From Alphaproteobacteria bacterium (GTDB lineage Bacteria; Pseudomonadota; Alphaproteobacteria; UBA828): DNA of 64,000 nucleotides. A model generated the notes under the pieces. It saw nothing but the letters and a program-made list of their open reading frames with translations. It did not search any database and was not told the origin of the DNA. Position 1 is the first letter of the stretch; the number at the start of each line of letters is the position of its first letter. Positions 53,392 to 63,199 of the stretch are shown piece after piece. Position numbers and translations under genes: made by a program. The DNA lies in contig CAXXVO010000018.1 of the NCBI GenBank assembly GCA_963422645.2, positions 96,001 through 160,000 of the forward strand, given 5' to 3'.

Positions 53392-54087
53392 ATGACGCCC
53401 AGCGCCTTTCGCGCCTTCACCTTCGATTGTTACGGCACCCTGATCGACTGGGAGCAAGGCATGCTCCGGGCGCTTCGCACGCTTCCGGGAATCGACGCCG
53501 ATGACGATGCGCTTCTCGCCGCCTTCGCCCGGCACGAGCACGCGATCCAGGAACAGAACCCGGACATGCGCTACCCCGAGGTGTTGAGTCACGCCTGCAA
53601 GGCGATCGCGGCCGATTTCGGCCAAGCCGCGACCGACGAGCAGGCCTCAGCCTTCGGCGCCTCGATCGCCGACTGGCCGCCTTTCCCCGATTCGGTCGAG
53701 GCCCTCGCCTACCTGCGCGAGCATGGCTTGTTGATGGTGCTCTCGAACGTGGACCGTGCGTCTTTTGCCCATAGCGCAAGGCGCCTGGGCGATCCCTTCC
53801 ACGCCGTCGTCACCGCCGAGGATGTCGGGAGCTACAAGCCCGCGCCCGCGCATTTCGAGCGCGCGACGGCGCTGTTCGCGAAAGAGGGGATTGCGCCCGG
53901 CGAGGTGCTCCACGTGGCCCAGAGCCTCTTCCACGACGTTGTGCCGGGCCGTAGCGCGGGCTTTTCCACCTGCTGGATCGACCGCCGCGCGGGCCGCCCC
54001 GGCGGCGCGACGCCGCCGGTCGACGTGGAGCCGGACATCACCTTCCACGACCTCGCCTCGCTCGCCGCCTGGCACCGCGCGGGCTGA
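53392..54087 (+). CDS. HAD-superfamily hydrolase (haloacid dehalogenase type II-like)
   Basis: FDCYGTLIDWE, LSNVD, SYKP, LHVAQSLFHD, WIDR. Confidence 0.92.
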   Translation: MTPSAFRAFTFDCYGTLIDWEQGMLRALRTLPGIDADDDALLAAFARHEHAIQEQNPDMRYPEVLSHACKAIAADFGQAATDEQASAFGASIADWPPFPDSVEALAYLREHGLLMVLSNVDRASFAHSARRLGDPFHAVVTAEDVGSYKPAPAHFERATALFAKEGIAPGEVLHVAQSLFHDVVPGRSAGFSTCWIDRRAGRPGGATPPVDVEPDITFHDLASLAAWHRAG

Positions 54088-54116
54088 GCCTACGGCGCCG
54101 GCCGGAGCGGCTGGCG

Positions 54117-54491
54117 CTACTCGTGCAGGTCGAAGCGGAAGGACTTCGAGACGATCTTCCATTCGCCGTCGATCCTGATCAGGCTCAGGAAGTCGGTGAA
54201 GTAGCGCGGATGAATCGCGCACTCGCAGGTCACGACGGCGGTGTTCTCGTCCGACAAGTCGATGGAGAGGATCTTGTCGAAGCGCGCCTGCCCCGTCGAT
54301 ACCGGCGGCACGCGGCTCTTCACGATTTCGAACCACTCCTCGCGCGGCCAATCGACAAATTTGCCGTCCATGTTCGCGAACAGGTGGCTGGAGGGGTGAA
54401 AGATCGTGGCGAGCTTCTCCGTGTCGCACTCGTAAAGCCCGTCGAAATAGACCTGCACCACATCGGTGATCTCTTGGTAGCTGTTGCTCAT
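54117..54491 (-). CDS. NTF2/SnoaL-like small protein
   Basis: YFDGLYECD..L..IFHP, FTDFLSLIRIDGEWKIVSK; GGAGG RBS. Confidence 0.85.
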   Translation of the reverse strand: MSNSYQEITDVVQVYFDGLYECDTEKLATIFHPSSHLFANMDGKFVDWPREEWFEIVKSRVPPVSTGQARFDKILSIDLSDENTAVVTCECAIHPRYFTDFLSLIRIDGEWKIVSKSFRFDLHE

Positions 54492-54687
54492 TCGTGCTCC
54501 CTCCACGTCCCTTGCGTCCCCACGGCCGGTTCCGCCGGCCACGGACCCCGTATAGGCTTTTGCGCCGGCCGACAAGAGCCCGATGGGAAGCGCCTGCTGC
54601 GCAGGCGCGGTGGGCCGTGCTACCGTTGCAGCTCGCGATGGCGAGAGGCGATCGGATGGCGCGCGGGCGTGCGCGGGAGGGAGCCCG

Positions 54688-55878
54688 ATGAAGACCGTGA
54701 TGCGCGAGAAGCAGTGGGCGGAGAAGTATCCCGACCTCGGGACCGAGCCGGTGCCCACCGAACCCTACGTCTCCGACGAGCATTACGAGCTCGAGCGCGA
54801 GCGCATCTTCCGCCGATGCTGGCTCAACGTCGGCCGTGTCGACGAGATCCCGAACCCGGGCGATTACTTCGTGCGCGACATCGCCATCTGCAAGACCTCC
54901 GTGCTGATCATCCGGGGTTCGGACGGCGTCGTGCGCGGCTTCCACAACGTCTGCTCGCACCGCGGCAACACGCTGGTGCTGGACGGGCGCGGCACCTGCC
55001 CCGGTAGCGTCTACTGCCATTTCCACAACTGGGTCTATAGCGACACGGGCGAGCTGATCCGCGTGCCCGATGAGGAGAATTTCTTCGACTTCGACAAGCG
55101 CGACCACGGGCTCACGCCGGTCAACACGGATTTCTGGGAGGGCTTCGTCTTCGTCCACCTGGGGTCAGAGCCGGCGGAGACGCTGCGCGAGTACCTCGGC
55201 GGCGTGGCGGACCAGCTTGACGGCTGCCCCTTCCACGAGATGCCGCTGATGCAGACCTATCTGGTGGAAGAGCGTGCCAACTGGAAGGTCGGGCTCGACG
55301 CGCAGAACGAGCTCTATCACCTGCCCTTCCAGCACCGCCGCATCCTGGGCGACTCCTTCCTGATGAACGACAAGGGGCATTGCCGCTTCCAGGACGTCAA
55401 CCTCTACAACTATCACACGGTCTGGTCGTGCGAGTACGACCCCACCCACAAGCTCACCCCGCTGGAGGGCACGCTCTTCGCCGCCGAAAACGGCGCCCCG
55501 GTTGCCCGCATCCCGCAGATGATCGGCGAGTTCGACTTCTTCGTGCTCTTCCCGAACTTCGTGATCCTGCTCTTCGACGTCGGCAACTCGACGAGCTACG
55601 TCAGCTACCATTTCTGGCCGCTGGCGGTCGACCGCACGATCTGGGAAATCCGCATGCACTTCAGGGAGCCCGCGAACACACGCGAGCGGCTGCAGCAGGA
55701 GTACTTCAAGTGTCTGATCCGGGACACGCTGCAGGAGGACACGGTCGCGCACGAGAACGTGCACGCGGGCCTCGCGTCGCGCGCCAAATCCCATGTAATC
55801 CTGCAGGACGACGAGACGCCGATCCGCTACTTCCACAAGGTGCTGGAGGATCACGTCGGGTTCTACAGCAACGCGTGA
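54688..55878 (+). CDS. Rieske non-heme iron oxygenase alpha subunit
   Basis: NVCSHRG...CHFHNW Rieske motif; NWK...ELYHLPFQH; QED. Confidence 0.93.
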   Translation: MKTVMREKQWAEKYPDLGTEPVPTEPYVSDEHYELERERIFRRCWLNVGRVDEIPNPGDYFVRDIAICKTSVLIIRGSDGVVRGFHNVCSHRGNTLVLDGRGTCPGSVYCHFHNWVYSDTGELIRVPDEENFFDFDKRDHGLTPVNTDFWEGFVFVHLGSEPAETLREYLGGVADQLDGCPFHEMPLMQTYLVEERANWKVGLDAQNELYHLPFQHRRILGDSFLMNDKGHCRFQDVNLYNYHTVWSCEYDPTHKLTPLEGTLFAAENGAPVARIPQMIGEFDFFVLFPNFVILLFDVGNSTSYVSYHFWPLAVDRTIWEIRMHFREPANTRERLQQEYFKCLIRDTLQEDTVAHENVHAGLASRAKSHVILQDDETPIRYFHKVLEDHVGFYSNA

Positions 55879-55910
55879 TCGATGGTCGCGAGGCTGAAGG
55901 GGTCCGCACG

Positions 55911-56237
55911 ATGTCTGAGGCAGCACTACCGGAGGCGTTCGAGGACCTTGCGCCATGGCTCGACTGGGCGCTGGAGCCCGAGCGCGCGCGCACGGCGAAG
56001 AGGGTGGCGTCCTCGATGGAGGAGCTTCGCGCCTTCTACGACGCCGTGATGCCGCGCATGGAAGAGATCATCGCCTATCTCGACGATGTCCCGGAGGGTG
56101 AGAGCAGGCCGGCGCCGGCGCACCGCCTCTACCTGCTCACCCTTTCGCTGGTGGAGGTCTCCAACCTGGTGGAGCTCTACAAACGCCGCGAGGTCATCGA
56201 GGCCTGCGACCCCCTCCACTTCAACTCGCAGCACTGA
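55911..56237 (+). CDS. Small hypothetical protein downstream of the Rieske oxygenase
   Basis: 108 aa, MSEAALPEAFEDLAPWLDWAL...SSMEELRAFYDA...; fills the gap before the convergent aspS. Confidence 0.75.
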   Translation: MSEAALPEAFEDLAPWLDWALEPERARTAKRVASSMEELRAFYDAVMPRMEEIIAYLDDVPEGESRPAPAHRLYLLTLSLVEVSNLVELYKRREVIEACDPLHFNSQH

Positions 56238-56249
56238 GGGGGAACGAGT

Positions 56250-58052
56250 CTACTCATCACCCTCCCTCTTCTCCCGCTTTGGCGGCAGGTCGAGCTTGAG
56301 GCTGAGCTCCTTGAGGTGCTTCGCCGGCACCGGCGCCGGTGCCCCCATCATCAAGTCCTGCGCCGTCTGGTTGAGCGGGAACATGATGACCTCGCGGATG
56401 TTGGGCTCGTCCGAGAGCAGCATGACGATGCGGTCGATGCCGGGCGCGATGCCGCCGTGGGGCGGCGCGCCGTACTGGAAGGCGTGGTAGAGCGCGCCGA
56501 AGCGGCGCTTCACCTCGTCCTCACCGTAGCCCGCGATCTCGAACGCCTTGACCATCAGGTCGGGCTGGTGATTGCGGATCGCGCCGCTGGAAAGCTCCAC
56601 GCCGTTGCAGACGATGTCGTACTGGTAGGCGAGCACGCTGAGCGGATCGTCGCTCTCCAGCGCCTCCATCCCGCCTTGCGGCATGGAGAAGGGGTTGTGG
56701 CTGAAGCCGACGGCGCCGGTCTCCTCGTCGCGCTCGAACATCGGGTAGTCGATGATCCAGCAGAAGGCGAACCTGTCCTCGTCGATCAGCTCGAGCCGCT
56801 TGCCGAGCTCGAGCCGCACGGCGCCGGCGTAGCGGGCGGCGGCGTCGGGCTTGTCGCAGCTCAGGAACACCGCGTCGCCATCCTCGAGGCCCGCAATCGT
56901 GCGAATCTCCTCCTGCACCGCGTCCGGCACGAACTTCGCAATCGGCCCCTTGCCGGCACCGTCCGCAAAGATGATGTAGCCGAGGCCGGGCGCACCCAGG
57001 CTCTGGGCGAACCCGATCATCCGGTCGAAGAAGCTGCGCGGCCGGTCGGCGATCCCCTTCACTGGAATGCCGCGTACCACGCCCCCCTTGGCAATCGCGC
57101 CCTTGAAGGCCTTGAAGGTCACCGCGTCGTTGCCGAACTGCTCCGTCAGGTCGACGATCTCGATGGGGATGCGCAGGTCCGGCTTGTCGGTGCCGAAGCG
57201 CAGCATCGCGTCCTTGTAGGCGAAGCGCGGGAAGGGCGGCGGGGTGACGTCGCGCTCGGTGAACTCCGTGAAGACGCCGTGCATCACCGGCTCCAGCGCT
57301 TCGAACACGTCCTCCTGCTCGACGAACGCCATCTCGACATCGAGCTGGTAGAACTCGCCGGGGGAGCGGTCGGCGCGCGCGTCCTCATCGCGGAAGCAGG
57401 GCGCGATCTGAAAGTAGCGGTCGAAGCCTGAGGCCATCACCAGCTGCTTGAACTGCTGCGGTGCCTGCGGCAGGGCGTAGAAGGTCCCCGGATGCAGCCG
57501 GCTCGGCACCAGGAAGTCGCGCGCGCCCTCGGGCGAGCTTGCCGTCAGAATCGGCGTGTGACACTCCATGAAGCCCAGCTCGACCATGTGCCGGCGAATG
57601 CTGGCGACGATGGCGCTGCGACGCACCATGTTCTGGTGCATGCGCTCGCGCCTGAGGTCGAGGAAGCGATAGCGGAGCCGTACCTCCTCGCCGTAATCGT
57701 GCTCGCCGTGAACCGGCAGCGGCAGGGTCTCGGCGGCGTTTTGCACCTCAAGCTCGGCGATCCGCACCTCGACCGCGCCGGTGGGAATTTTGGGATTCAC
57801 GGTCTCAGCGTCGCGCGTGACCACCGGGCCGGTCAGCGTCACCACCGTCTCCGGCTTGAGCGCCGTCACCGCGTCGAAGAGCGGCTCGCCGCTCTCGGCA
57901 ACGCACTGGGTGATGCCGTAGTGGTCGCGCAGGTCCACGAAGACGAGGTGGCCGTGATCGCGTGCCCGATGGACCCAGCCGGAGAGGCGCGCGGTCGAGC
58001 CGACATCGGAGGGCCTGAGCGCGCCGCAGGTATGCGTTCGGAATCGATGCAT
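56250..58052 (-). CDS. aspS: Aspartate--tRNA ligase, likely non-discriminating
   Basis: [16 protein letters not shown] (His here is associated with ND-AspRS), [30 protein letters not shown]. Confidence 0.96.
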   Translation of the reverse strand: MHRFRTHTCGALRPSDVGSTARLSGWVHRARDHGHLVFVDLRDHYGITQCVAESGEPLFDAVTALKPETVVTLTGPVVTRDAETVNPKIPTGAVEVRIAELEVQNAAETLPLPVHGEHDYGEEVRLRYRFLDLRRERMHQNMVRRSAIVASIRRHMVELGFMECHTPILTASSPEGARDFLVPSRLHPGTFYALPQAPQQFKQLVMASGFDRYFQIAPCFRDEDARADRSPGEFYQLDVEMAFVEQEDVFEALEPVMHGVFTEFTERDVTPPPFPRFAYKDAMLRFGTDKPDLRIPIEIVDLTEQFGNDAVTFKAFKGAIAKGGVVRGIPVKGIADRPRSFFDRMIGFAQSLGAPGLGYIIFADGAGKGPIAKFVPDAVQEEIRTIAGLEDGDAVFLSCDKPDAAARYAGAVRLELGKRLELIDEDRFAFCWIIDYPMFERDEETGAVGFSHNPFSMPQGGMEALESDDPLSVLAYQYDIVCNGVELSSGAIRNHQPDLMVKAFEIAGYGEDEVKRRFGALYHAFQYGAPPHGGIAPGIDRIVMLLSDEPNIREVIMFPLNQTAQDLMMGAPAPVPAKHLKELSLKLDLPPKREKREGDE

Positions 58053-58297
58053 GGCGGGAGGCCCTGTGGAGCGTGGAGCGGAGTGGAGCGTGGTGCCCGG
58101 ACCGGGCCGAGCCGCGCGGAAAAGCGCACGGAACCGGCCGGCTTGTCAAGCGCGGCCCCGGTCCGGCGGCACGGCGCCGACCGGCGCGCGTCCGTCTTTG
58201 ATGGGCGCGCGACAGGCCGCGACCGCGGCCCGCCGCTCCTGCGGCGCCCTCGCGGAGGTGCCGGCCGAAGGCCGGCTGCCGTGAGCGACAAATTGTA

Positions 58298-58328
58298 AGA
58301 GCGTTTCCGTGCCGAACGGAAACGCTCT
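58298..58328. terminator. Perfect 13-bp hairpin downstream of the ABC ATPase
   Basis: AGAGCGTTTCCGT-gccga-ACGGAAACGCTCT. Confidence 0.55.
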
Positions 58329-58336
58329 CACTCACC

Positions 58337-58903
58337 TCAATGCAGCGTCGCGATGTCCTCGGCGGTCTCTTCGCCGGGCTTCTTGCCGAGGATGATCATG
58401 CTCAGCACCTGGTCCTTGGTGACCTCGGCGGTGCGGTGGGTGCCGATCTGGCGGCCGTTCGCCATCACCGTAATGCGGTCCGAGAGGTCGAACACGTCGT
58501 GGATGTCGTGGGAGATCAAGACCATGCCGATCCCCTCCGACTTGAGCTGGACCACCAGGTCCTTGAAGACCGCGGTCTCGCGGAGCCCGAGCGCGGCGGT
58601 CGGCTCGTCCATGATCAGGACCTTGGTGTCGAAATAGAGTGCGCGGGCGATGGCCACTGACTGGCGCTGGCCGCCGGAAAGCCGCTGCACCGGCTCTCGC
58701 AGGTTCACGAAGTTGGGGTTGATGCGGGCGATGACCTCGCGGGTGGCGCGCTCCATGGCGTTGCCGTCGAGGGTCGCCCAGCGGGTCATGATCTCGCGCC
58801 CGAGAAACAGGTTGGCCACCGCGTCGAGATGGTCGGCCAGCGCCAGATCCTGATAGAGGATCTCAATGCCGAGGTTCCTGGCATCGCGGGGATTGTTGAT
58901 GGT
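58337..58903 (-). pseudogene. Sugar ABC transporter ATP-binding protein, 5' part cut off by insertion
   Basis: TINNPRDARNLGIEILYQDLALADHLD, LSGGQRQ, IMDEPTAALG, ISHD; no Walker A; homology stops at TGTAG 58904. Confidence 0.88.
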
Positions 58904-59257
58904 TGTAGACGGACGAAAGTCGTTGTGAATCGGGTCAAGGGGTGGAATCAGGCGGAATCGGGCGGAAGGTGGCGGAATCTCAAGGGGATGCGCGGCGGCA
59001 CGGTGGCGGTGCGGCGGCTGGCGTGCGGACGGAAGTCTTTGCGAATCGGGCCGTGCAGAGGCCGTGAATTGGCTGGAAACGGCAATTTTCGGGGCGTTTC
59101 AGGGGTCTTGCGACGGCGGCAAATCGGGTCGGTTTCGGGGTATCGGATTCGGCTGGAAAATCCGGTGCGTGGCGCCCGTCCCGCGAGGCTGGCGGCGGCC
59201 CGCGCCGGGGCGCTGAATCGGCTTGAGATGGCGTGCGGCGGCGCGTAGGGTGAGCGT

Positions 59258-59323
59258 GGCGTCGGAAGCAGCAGTCCTCTCATGCCTTCGGGCGAGCGCG
59301 GGGTTTGCGACCCGCCCGGCGCC
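59258..59323. ncRNA. Putative structured RNA (three-way junction) abutting the muF stop
   Basis: P1 GGCGTCGG/CCGGCGCC; P2 CTC-AT-GCC-TTCG-GGC-GAG; P3 GCGGG...CCCGC. Folded by eye only. Confidence 0.4.
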
Positions 59324-60060
59324 TCACTTCCCATCCCTCCTGATCGGCCCGAAGCGTCGCCTTGTGACATCGAGGTCAGCGGCCTTCGACCTGTGCAGGC
59401 TCACGATGTAGGCCTCGTCGCCACCTGCGGCCGACTTGACGACGGCCTTCCACAGGCACCCGTCCTCTTCGAGGAAGCCCTGCGCGAAACGGCCGTTGTC
59501 CTCCACGAACATCTCCCCTTGATCGAGGATGCGCTGGAGGCGGGCGTAGTCTGCGGGTTCGAGATCGGGGTGTCGCCTGGCCTGCTTTGCGGCGGTTTCT
59601 GCGGAGAGGCGGGCGGTTCGGGAGCGTGCGCCGATGGCGGCCATGACCGGGCCTCCGAGCACGGCCGCGGGCCAGTCGGCGTCGGACCGGCCTTCGAGGT
59701 GGCGGCGGAAGAGCGCGCCGTTCCAGGGTTGGCCTATGGCGGCGCGTGCGAGGTCGGGGGGCGCGTCGTCGATCTTCTCGATCAGGCGGTTTGCGCTGTC
59801 GCGGCCCGGCCGGGCGCGGCCGGCGTTGTGCTGGAAGCCGGGATCGATGCCGGCGGGGACCTGGTGGATGCGGCCGGTGCGGCGGTTCTTCCAGGGCCTG
59901 GTGCGCCCGGAGCCGGGCGGCGGACCCTCGGACACCTTGTATCCGTAGCGTTCGAGGTCGTCGTCTCCGAGCTGCTGGACGATGCAGCGGCACTTCCATC
60001 CGTTGGGCGGGTAGTGGGTCTTCCAGAAGGGGTGATCGACGGGGAGCACGGTGCCGTGCC
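59324..60060 (-). pseudogene. Phage MuF (gp30/SPP1 gp7-like) minor head protein with C-terminal putative nuclease domain, 5'-interrupted
   Basis: HGTVLPVDHPFWKTHYPPNGWKCRC and VPAGIDPGFQHNAG are MuF signatures; about 130-aa tail with LSAETAAKQARRHPDL...WKAVVK...EAYIVSLHR. Confidence 0.85.
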
Positions 60061-60226
60061 TGGTGGACGCGGCCGGTGAGCGCGCGCGGTCTTTCAGCGG
60101 GGATCGGGGCCTGATCCGCTCGGATTTGTTGAGGTTTTGGGGCGGGTGCCCCTCGGCGAACTTGCAAGAAGTTCGCCGGGGGGCTTTGTCTCGTGGTGAC
60201 GGTCACAATCGCCAGAGACGGCCCCA

Positions 60227-60844
60227 ATGTCGCACAACATTTTCCGCCACTCCATGCTTTGCAACGCCCTGGTCTGGGCCTGGCTGCGCGAGGTCGATGA
60301 GGCCGAGGCGGCGCGCTGCCGCGAGGCGGGCTGCCGACACTGCCCCGGCAAGCTGCACAGCGCGACGTATCCGCGCAAGCCGTACGGTCTGGCAGCCGAG
60401 TTGAGGGAAGAGGGCACGCGGCGGTTCAGCTTCTGCTGCGCGGATTGCCGCCTGCGAGCGACCCCACCATCGGTACGATTCTTCGGGCGCCGCTTTTATC
60501 TGGGCGCCCTGTTCGTTCTGTTGAGTGCACTGGTTCTGAGAGGCGGGGTGCGGTTGCAGACGATCAAGCGGAAGTGGGGGGTCTCGGTCGCCACACTGCG
60601 CCGCTGGCGGAAGTGGTGGCTGGAGGCGTTCCCGGCGACGGAGCCCTGGGGAGCGAAGCGTGGCGAACTGGTGATGCCACCCGAGGAGGTGCCGCTGCTC
60701 TTCGTGCTGCGGCAGATGCGGGGCGGACGCTTCGGTGAGCGTCTGTTCCTGAGCCTGATCTGGTTCAAGCCGTGGACGGGCTATTGCGGGCTCGGCGATG
60801 GCTCGGCGCCGCCCGCAGAAAGTGTTCCTGTCACGCCCGGATAG
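60227..60844 (+). CDS. Cys-rich (Zn-ribbon) plus HTH transposon-associated protein
   Basis: GCRHC..LH, FSFCCADC, TPPSVRFFGRR, GVSVATLRRWRKWW. Confidence 0.7.
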   Translation: MSHNIFRHSMLCNALVWAWLREVDEAEAARCREAGCRHCPGKLHSATYPRKPYGLAAELREEGTRRFSFCCADCRLRATPPSVRFFGRRFYLGALFVLLSALVLRGGVRLQTIKRKWGVSVATLRRWRKWWLEAFPATEPWGAKRGELVMPPEEVPLLFVLRQMRGGRFGERLFLSLIWFKPWTGYCGLGDGSAPPAESVPVTPG

Positions 60845-60893
60845 GGCGTTCTACATGGGCATCTCTCCGATGCGGCGAGGGAGGGATGCCGGA

Positions 60894-62369
60894 ATGGACA
60901 AGGACGACGCGGGCGCCAGGCGCGAGAAGTGGGCCCGGCTGCGCTTTGCGGTGGTGGGGCCGCTTCTGGCTTCACCGCCGCCTGCAGGCCAGCTGGGGGC
61001 CGAGTTCGAGCGTCTGTCGCAGCGCGACTGGGAGCACCCGTCGGGCAAGGGGCCGGTGCGCTTTGCGGCCTCGACGATCGAGCGCTGGTACTACCGGGCG
61101 CGGGCAGAGGAGCAGGACCCGGTCAAGGCGCTGCGCCGGAAGCCTCGGACCGACGTCGGCCGCGAGCGGTCCATGTCGGCGGGGCTGATCGCGGCGCTGC
61201 GCGAGCAGTACCGGGTCCATCCCTCGTGGGCGGCGCAGCTCCACTACGAGACCCTCAAGGCTCATGTTGCGACCCATCCCGAGCTCGGCCCGATGCCGTC
61301 CTACGCGACGCTGACGCGGGCGATGCGCAATCGCGGCCTGGTGCGCGAGCGCCCCAGGAAGTGGCACGAGGGTGAGGACAAGCCGGCGGTCGAAGCCCGC
61401 GAGGTCCTTAGCTACGAGGTGTCTCGCAGTCACGCGCTGTGGCACGGGGACTTCCACCACGGCAAGCGCCGCGTGCTGACGGCGTCGGGCGAATGGCAGA
61501 CGCCCATCCTGCTCGGCTTCCTCGACGACCACTCCAGGCTTGGCTGCCACCTGCAGTGGTACCTGGAGGAGACCGCCGAGGTCTTCGTCCACGGGCTCTG
61601 TCAGGCCTTCATGAAGAGGGACTTGCCCAGGTCCCTGCTGACCGACAACGGCGGGCCGATGACGGCGGGCGAGGTCGAGGAGGGCTTGCACCGCCTCGGC
61701 ATCGTGGGGGCCACGACACTCGCTTACAGCCCCCATCAAAATGGAAAAATCGAGTCGTTCTGGGGCACGGTCGAGGGCCGCCTGATGGCTCAGCTCGAAG
61801 GCGTCGACGCGCTCACCCTGAAGATGCTCAACGACGCCACCATAGCCTGGCTGGAGCAGGACTACCATCGGCGGGTGCACCGCGAGCTCGGCATGACGCC
61901 GCATGAACGCCTCGCCGGGAGCGTCAAGGCATCGAGGCCCTGCCCCGCCTCGGACGAGCTCAAGGCGGCCTTCCGCATCGCCAGGAAGCGCACGCTCAGG
62001 CGCTCGGACGGCACCGTCTCGGTCGAGGGCATCCGCTACCAGGTGCCACAGCCGTGGCGCCACCTGAGGACGCTCTGGGTCCGCTATGCGCGCTGGGACC
62101 TCAGCGGCGTCGATCTGGTGGAAGGCCGAAGCGGCGAGCGGCTGTGCACGCTGTACCCCCTCGACAAGCGCGGCAACGCCGATGGCGTCCGCCGTCCTGC
62201 GAGACCCGGCAGCGACCATGGCGGCGCCAGCGCGGGCGTCGGCGAACTTCCGCCGCTGCTCAAGGGCGTGCTCGACGCCCAGGCCGCAACAGGCCTGCCG
62301 CCGGCCTGGGTACCCCATAACAAGACGCCCGGTCCGGGCGAGGACGACGATCAGGGAGATCCGTCATGA
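60894..62369 (+). CDS. DDE integrase-type transposase (rve core, Mu-like C-terminus)
   Basis: HTH STIERWYY; WHGDFHH, FLDDHSR, LTDNG, NGKIES; DGTVSVEG.RY. Confidence 0.92.
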   Translation: MDKDDAGARREKWARLRFAVVGPLLASPPPAGQLGAEFERLSQRDWEHPSGKGPVRFAASTIERWYYRARAEEQDPVKALRRKPRTDVGRERSMSAGLIAALREQYRVHPSWAAQLHYETLKAHVATHPELGPMPSYATLTRAMRNRGLVRERPRKWHEGEDKPAVEAREVLSYEVSRSHALWHGDFHHGKRRVLTASGEWQTPILLGFLDDHSRLGCHLQWYLEETAEVFVHGLCQAFMKRDLPRSLLTDNGGPMTAGEVEEGLHRLGIVGATTLAYSPHQNGKIESFWGTVEGRLMAQLEGVDALTLKMLNDATIAWLEQDYHRRVHRELGMTPHERLAGSVKASRPCPASDELKAAFRIARKRTLRRSDGTVSVEGIRYQVPQPWRHLRTLWVRYARWDLSGVDLVEGRSGERLCTLYPLDKRGNADGVRRPARPGSDHGGASAGVGELPPLLKGVLDAQAATGLPPAWVPHNKTPGPGEDDDQGDPS

Positions 62370-63199
62370 ACCGCGAGCTGCTCACCTTCTACGGGCTCAA
62401 ATGGAACCCCTTCGCCACCGACCTTCCGGTCGACAGCCTCATGGTGAGCCCCGCCGTCGACAGCTTCTGCCTCAGAATCGAGCATCATCTTGTGCGCCAG
62501 GGCGGCTTCGCGTTGATCGCCGGCGAGCCCGGCACCGGAAAGAGCGTGGCGTTGCGCGTGCTCGCCGACCGCCTCGGCCGCTCGGACGGGCTCAGGGTCT
62601 GTGCCATCACCCACCCCTCTTCCAGGCTGTCCGACTTCTACCGCGAGATCGGCGGGATGTTCGGCGTCGACCTGATGTACAACAACCGCTGGGCCAGCTT
62701 CAAAAACCTGCGCGAGCGATGGCTCACCCATGTCGACGACACCCGCATGCGGCCCGTGGTGCTCATCGACGAGGCCCAGGAGCTGCTGCCCTCGGTGATC
62801 TCCGAGATCCGCCTGCTGGCGTCCACCGACTTCGACTCGCGCGCCATCCTCTCGGTCGTCTTCGCCGGCGACAGCCGCCTGATCGACAGGCTCCGCCAGC
62901 CCGACTTGCAGCCCATCGCCTCGCGCCTGCGCCAGCGCCTGGTCATGACCCAGGCAGACGCCGGCGACCTCGCGGCCCTGCTCGACCATCTGGTCGAGCA
63001 GGCCGGCAATCCGGGCCTCATGAGCGCAGAGCTCAAGGACACCCTGGTCACCCACGCCGGCGGCAACCCCAGGGCGCTTACCGTCATGGGCGACATGCTG
63101 CTCGCCGCCGGCGCCGAGAAGAACCGCGAGGTTCTCGACGAGAAGCTCTTCATGGAGATCCTGGGCGAGCCCGCCAAGCCGAAGAGGGCACGGCGGTGA
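62366..63199 (+). CDS. ExeA/TnsC-like AAA+ ATPase
   Basis: YGLKWNPF, GEPGTGKS, VLIDEAQ, GNPR; ATGA overlap with the transposase. Confidence 0.9.
   Translation: MNRELLTFYGLKWNPFATDLPVDSLMVSPAVDSFCLRIEHHLVRQGGFALIAGEPGTGKSVALRVLADRLGRSDGLRVCAITHPSSRLSDFYREIGGMFGVDLMYNNRWASFKNLRERWLTHVDDTRMRPVVLIDEAQELLPSVISEIRLLASTDFDSRAILSVVFAGDSRLIDRLRQPDLQPIASRLRQRLVMTQADAGDLAALLDHLVEQAGNPGLMSAELKDTLVTHAGGNPRALTVMGDMLLAAGAEKNREVLDEKLFMEILGEPAKPKRARR

Noticed and set aside
58066-58095. GTGGAGC short repeats upstream of aspS
   Set aside because: Three to four imperfect heptamers in GC-rich DNA; no supportable function.
59258-59323. tRNA gene
   Set aside because: Three stems only; no T-loop GTTC motif or four-arm cloverleaf.
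60894-63199. DDE transposase and ATPase as the cognate MuA/MuB of the TGTAG ends
   Set aside because: They lie in a unit with its own TG end that interrupts muF, so they look like a later, separate insertion; trans activity cannot be excluded.
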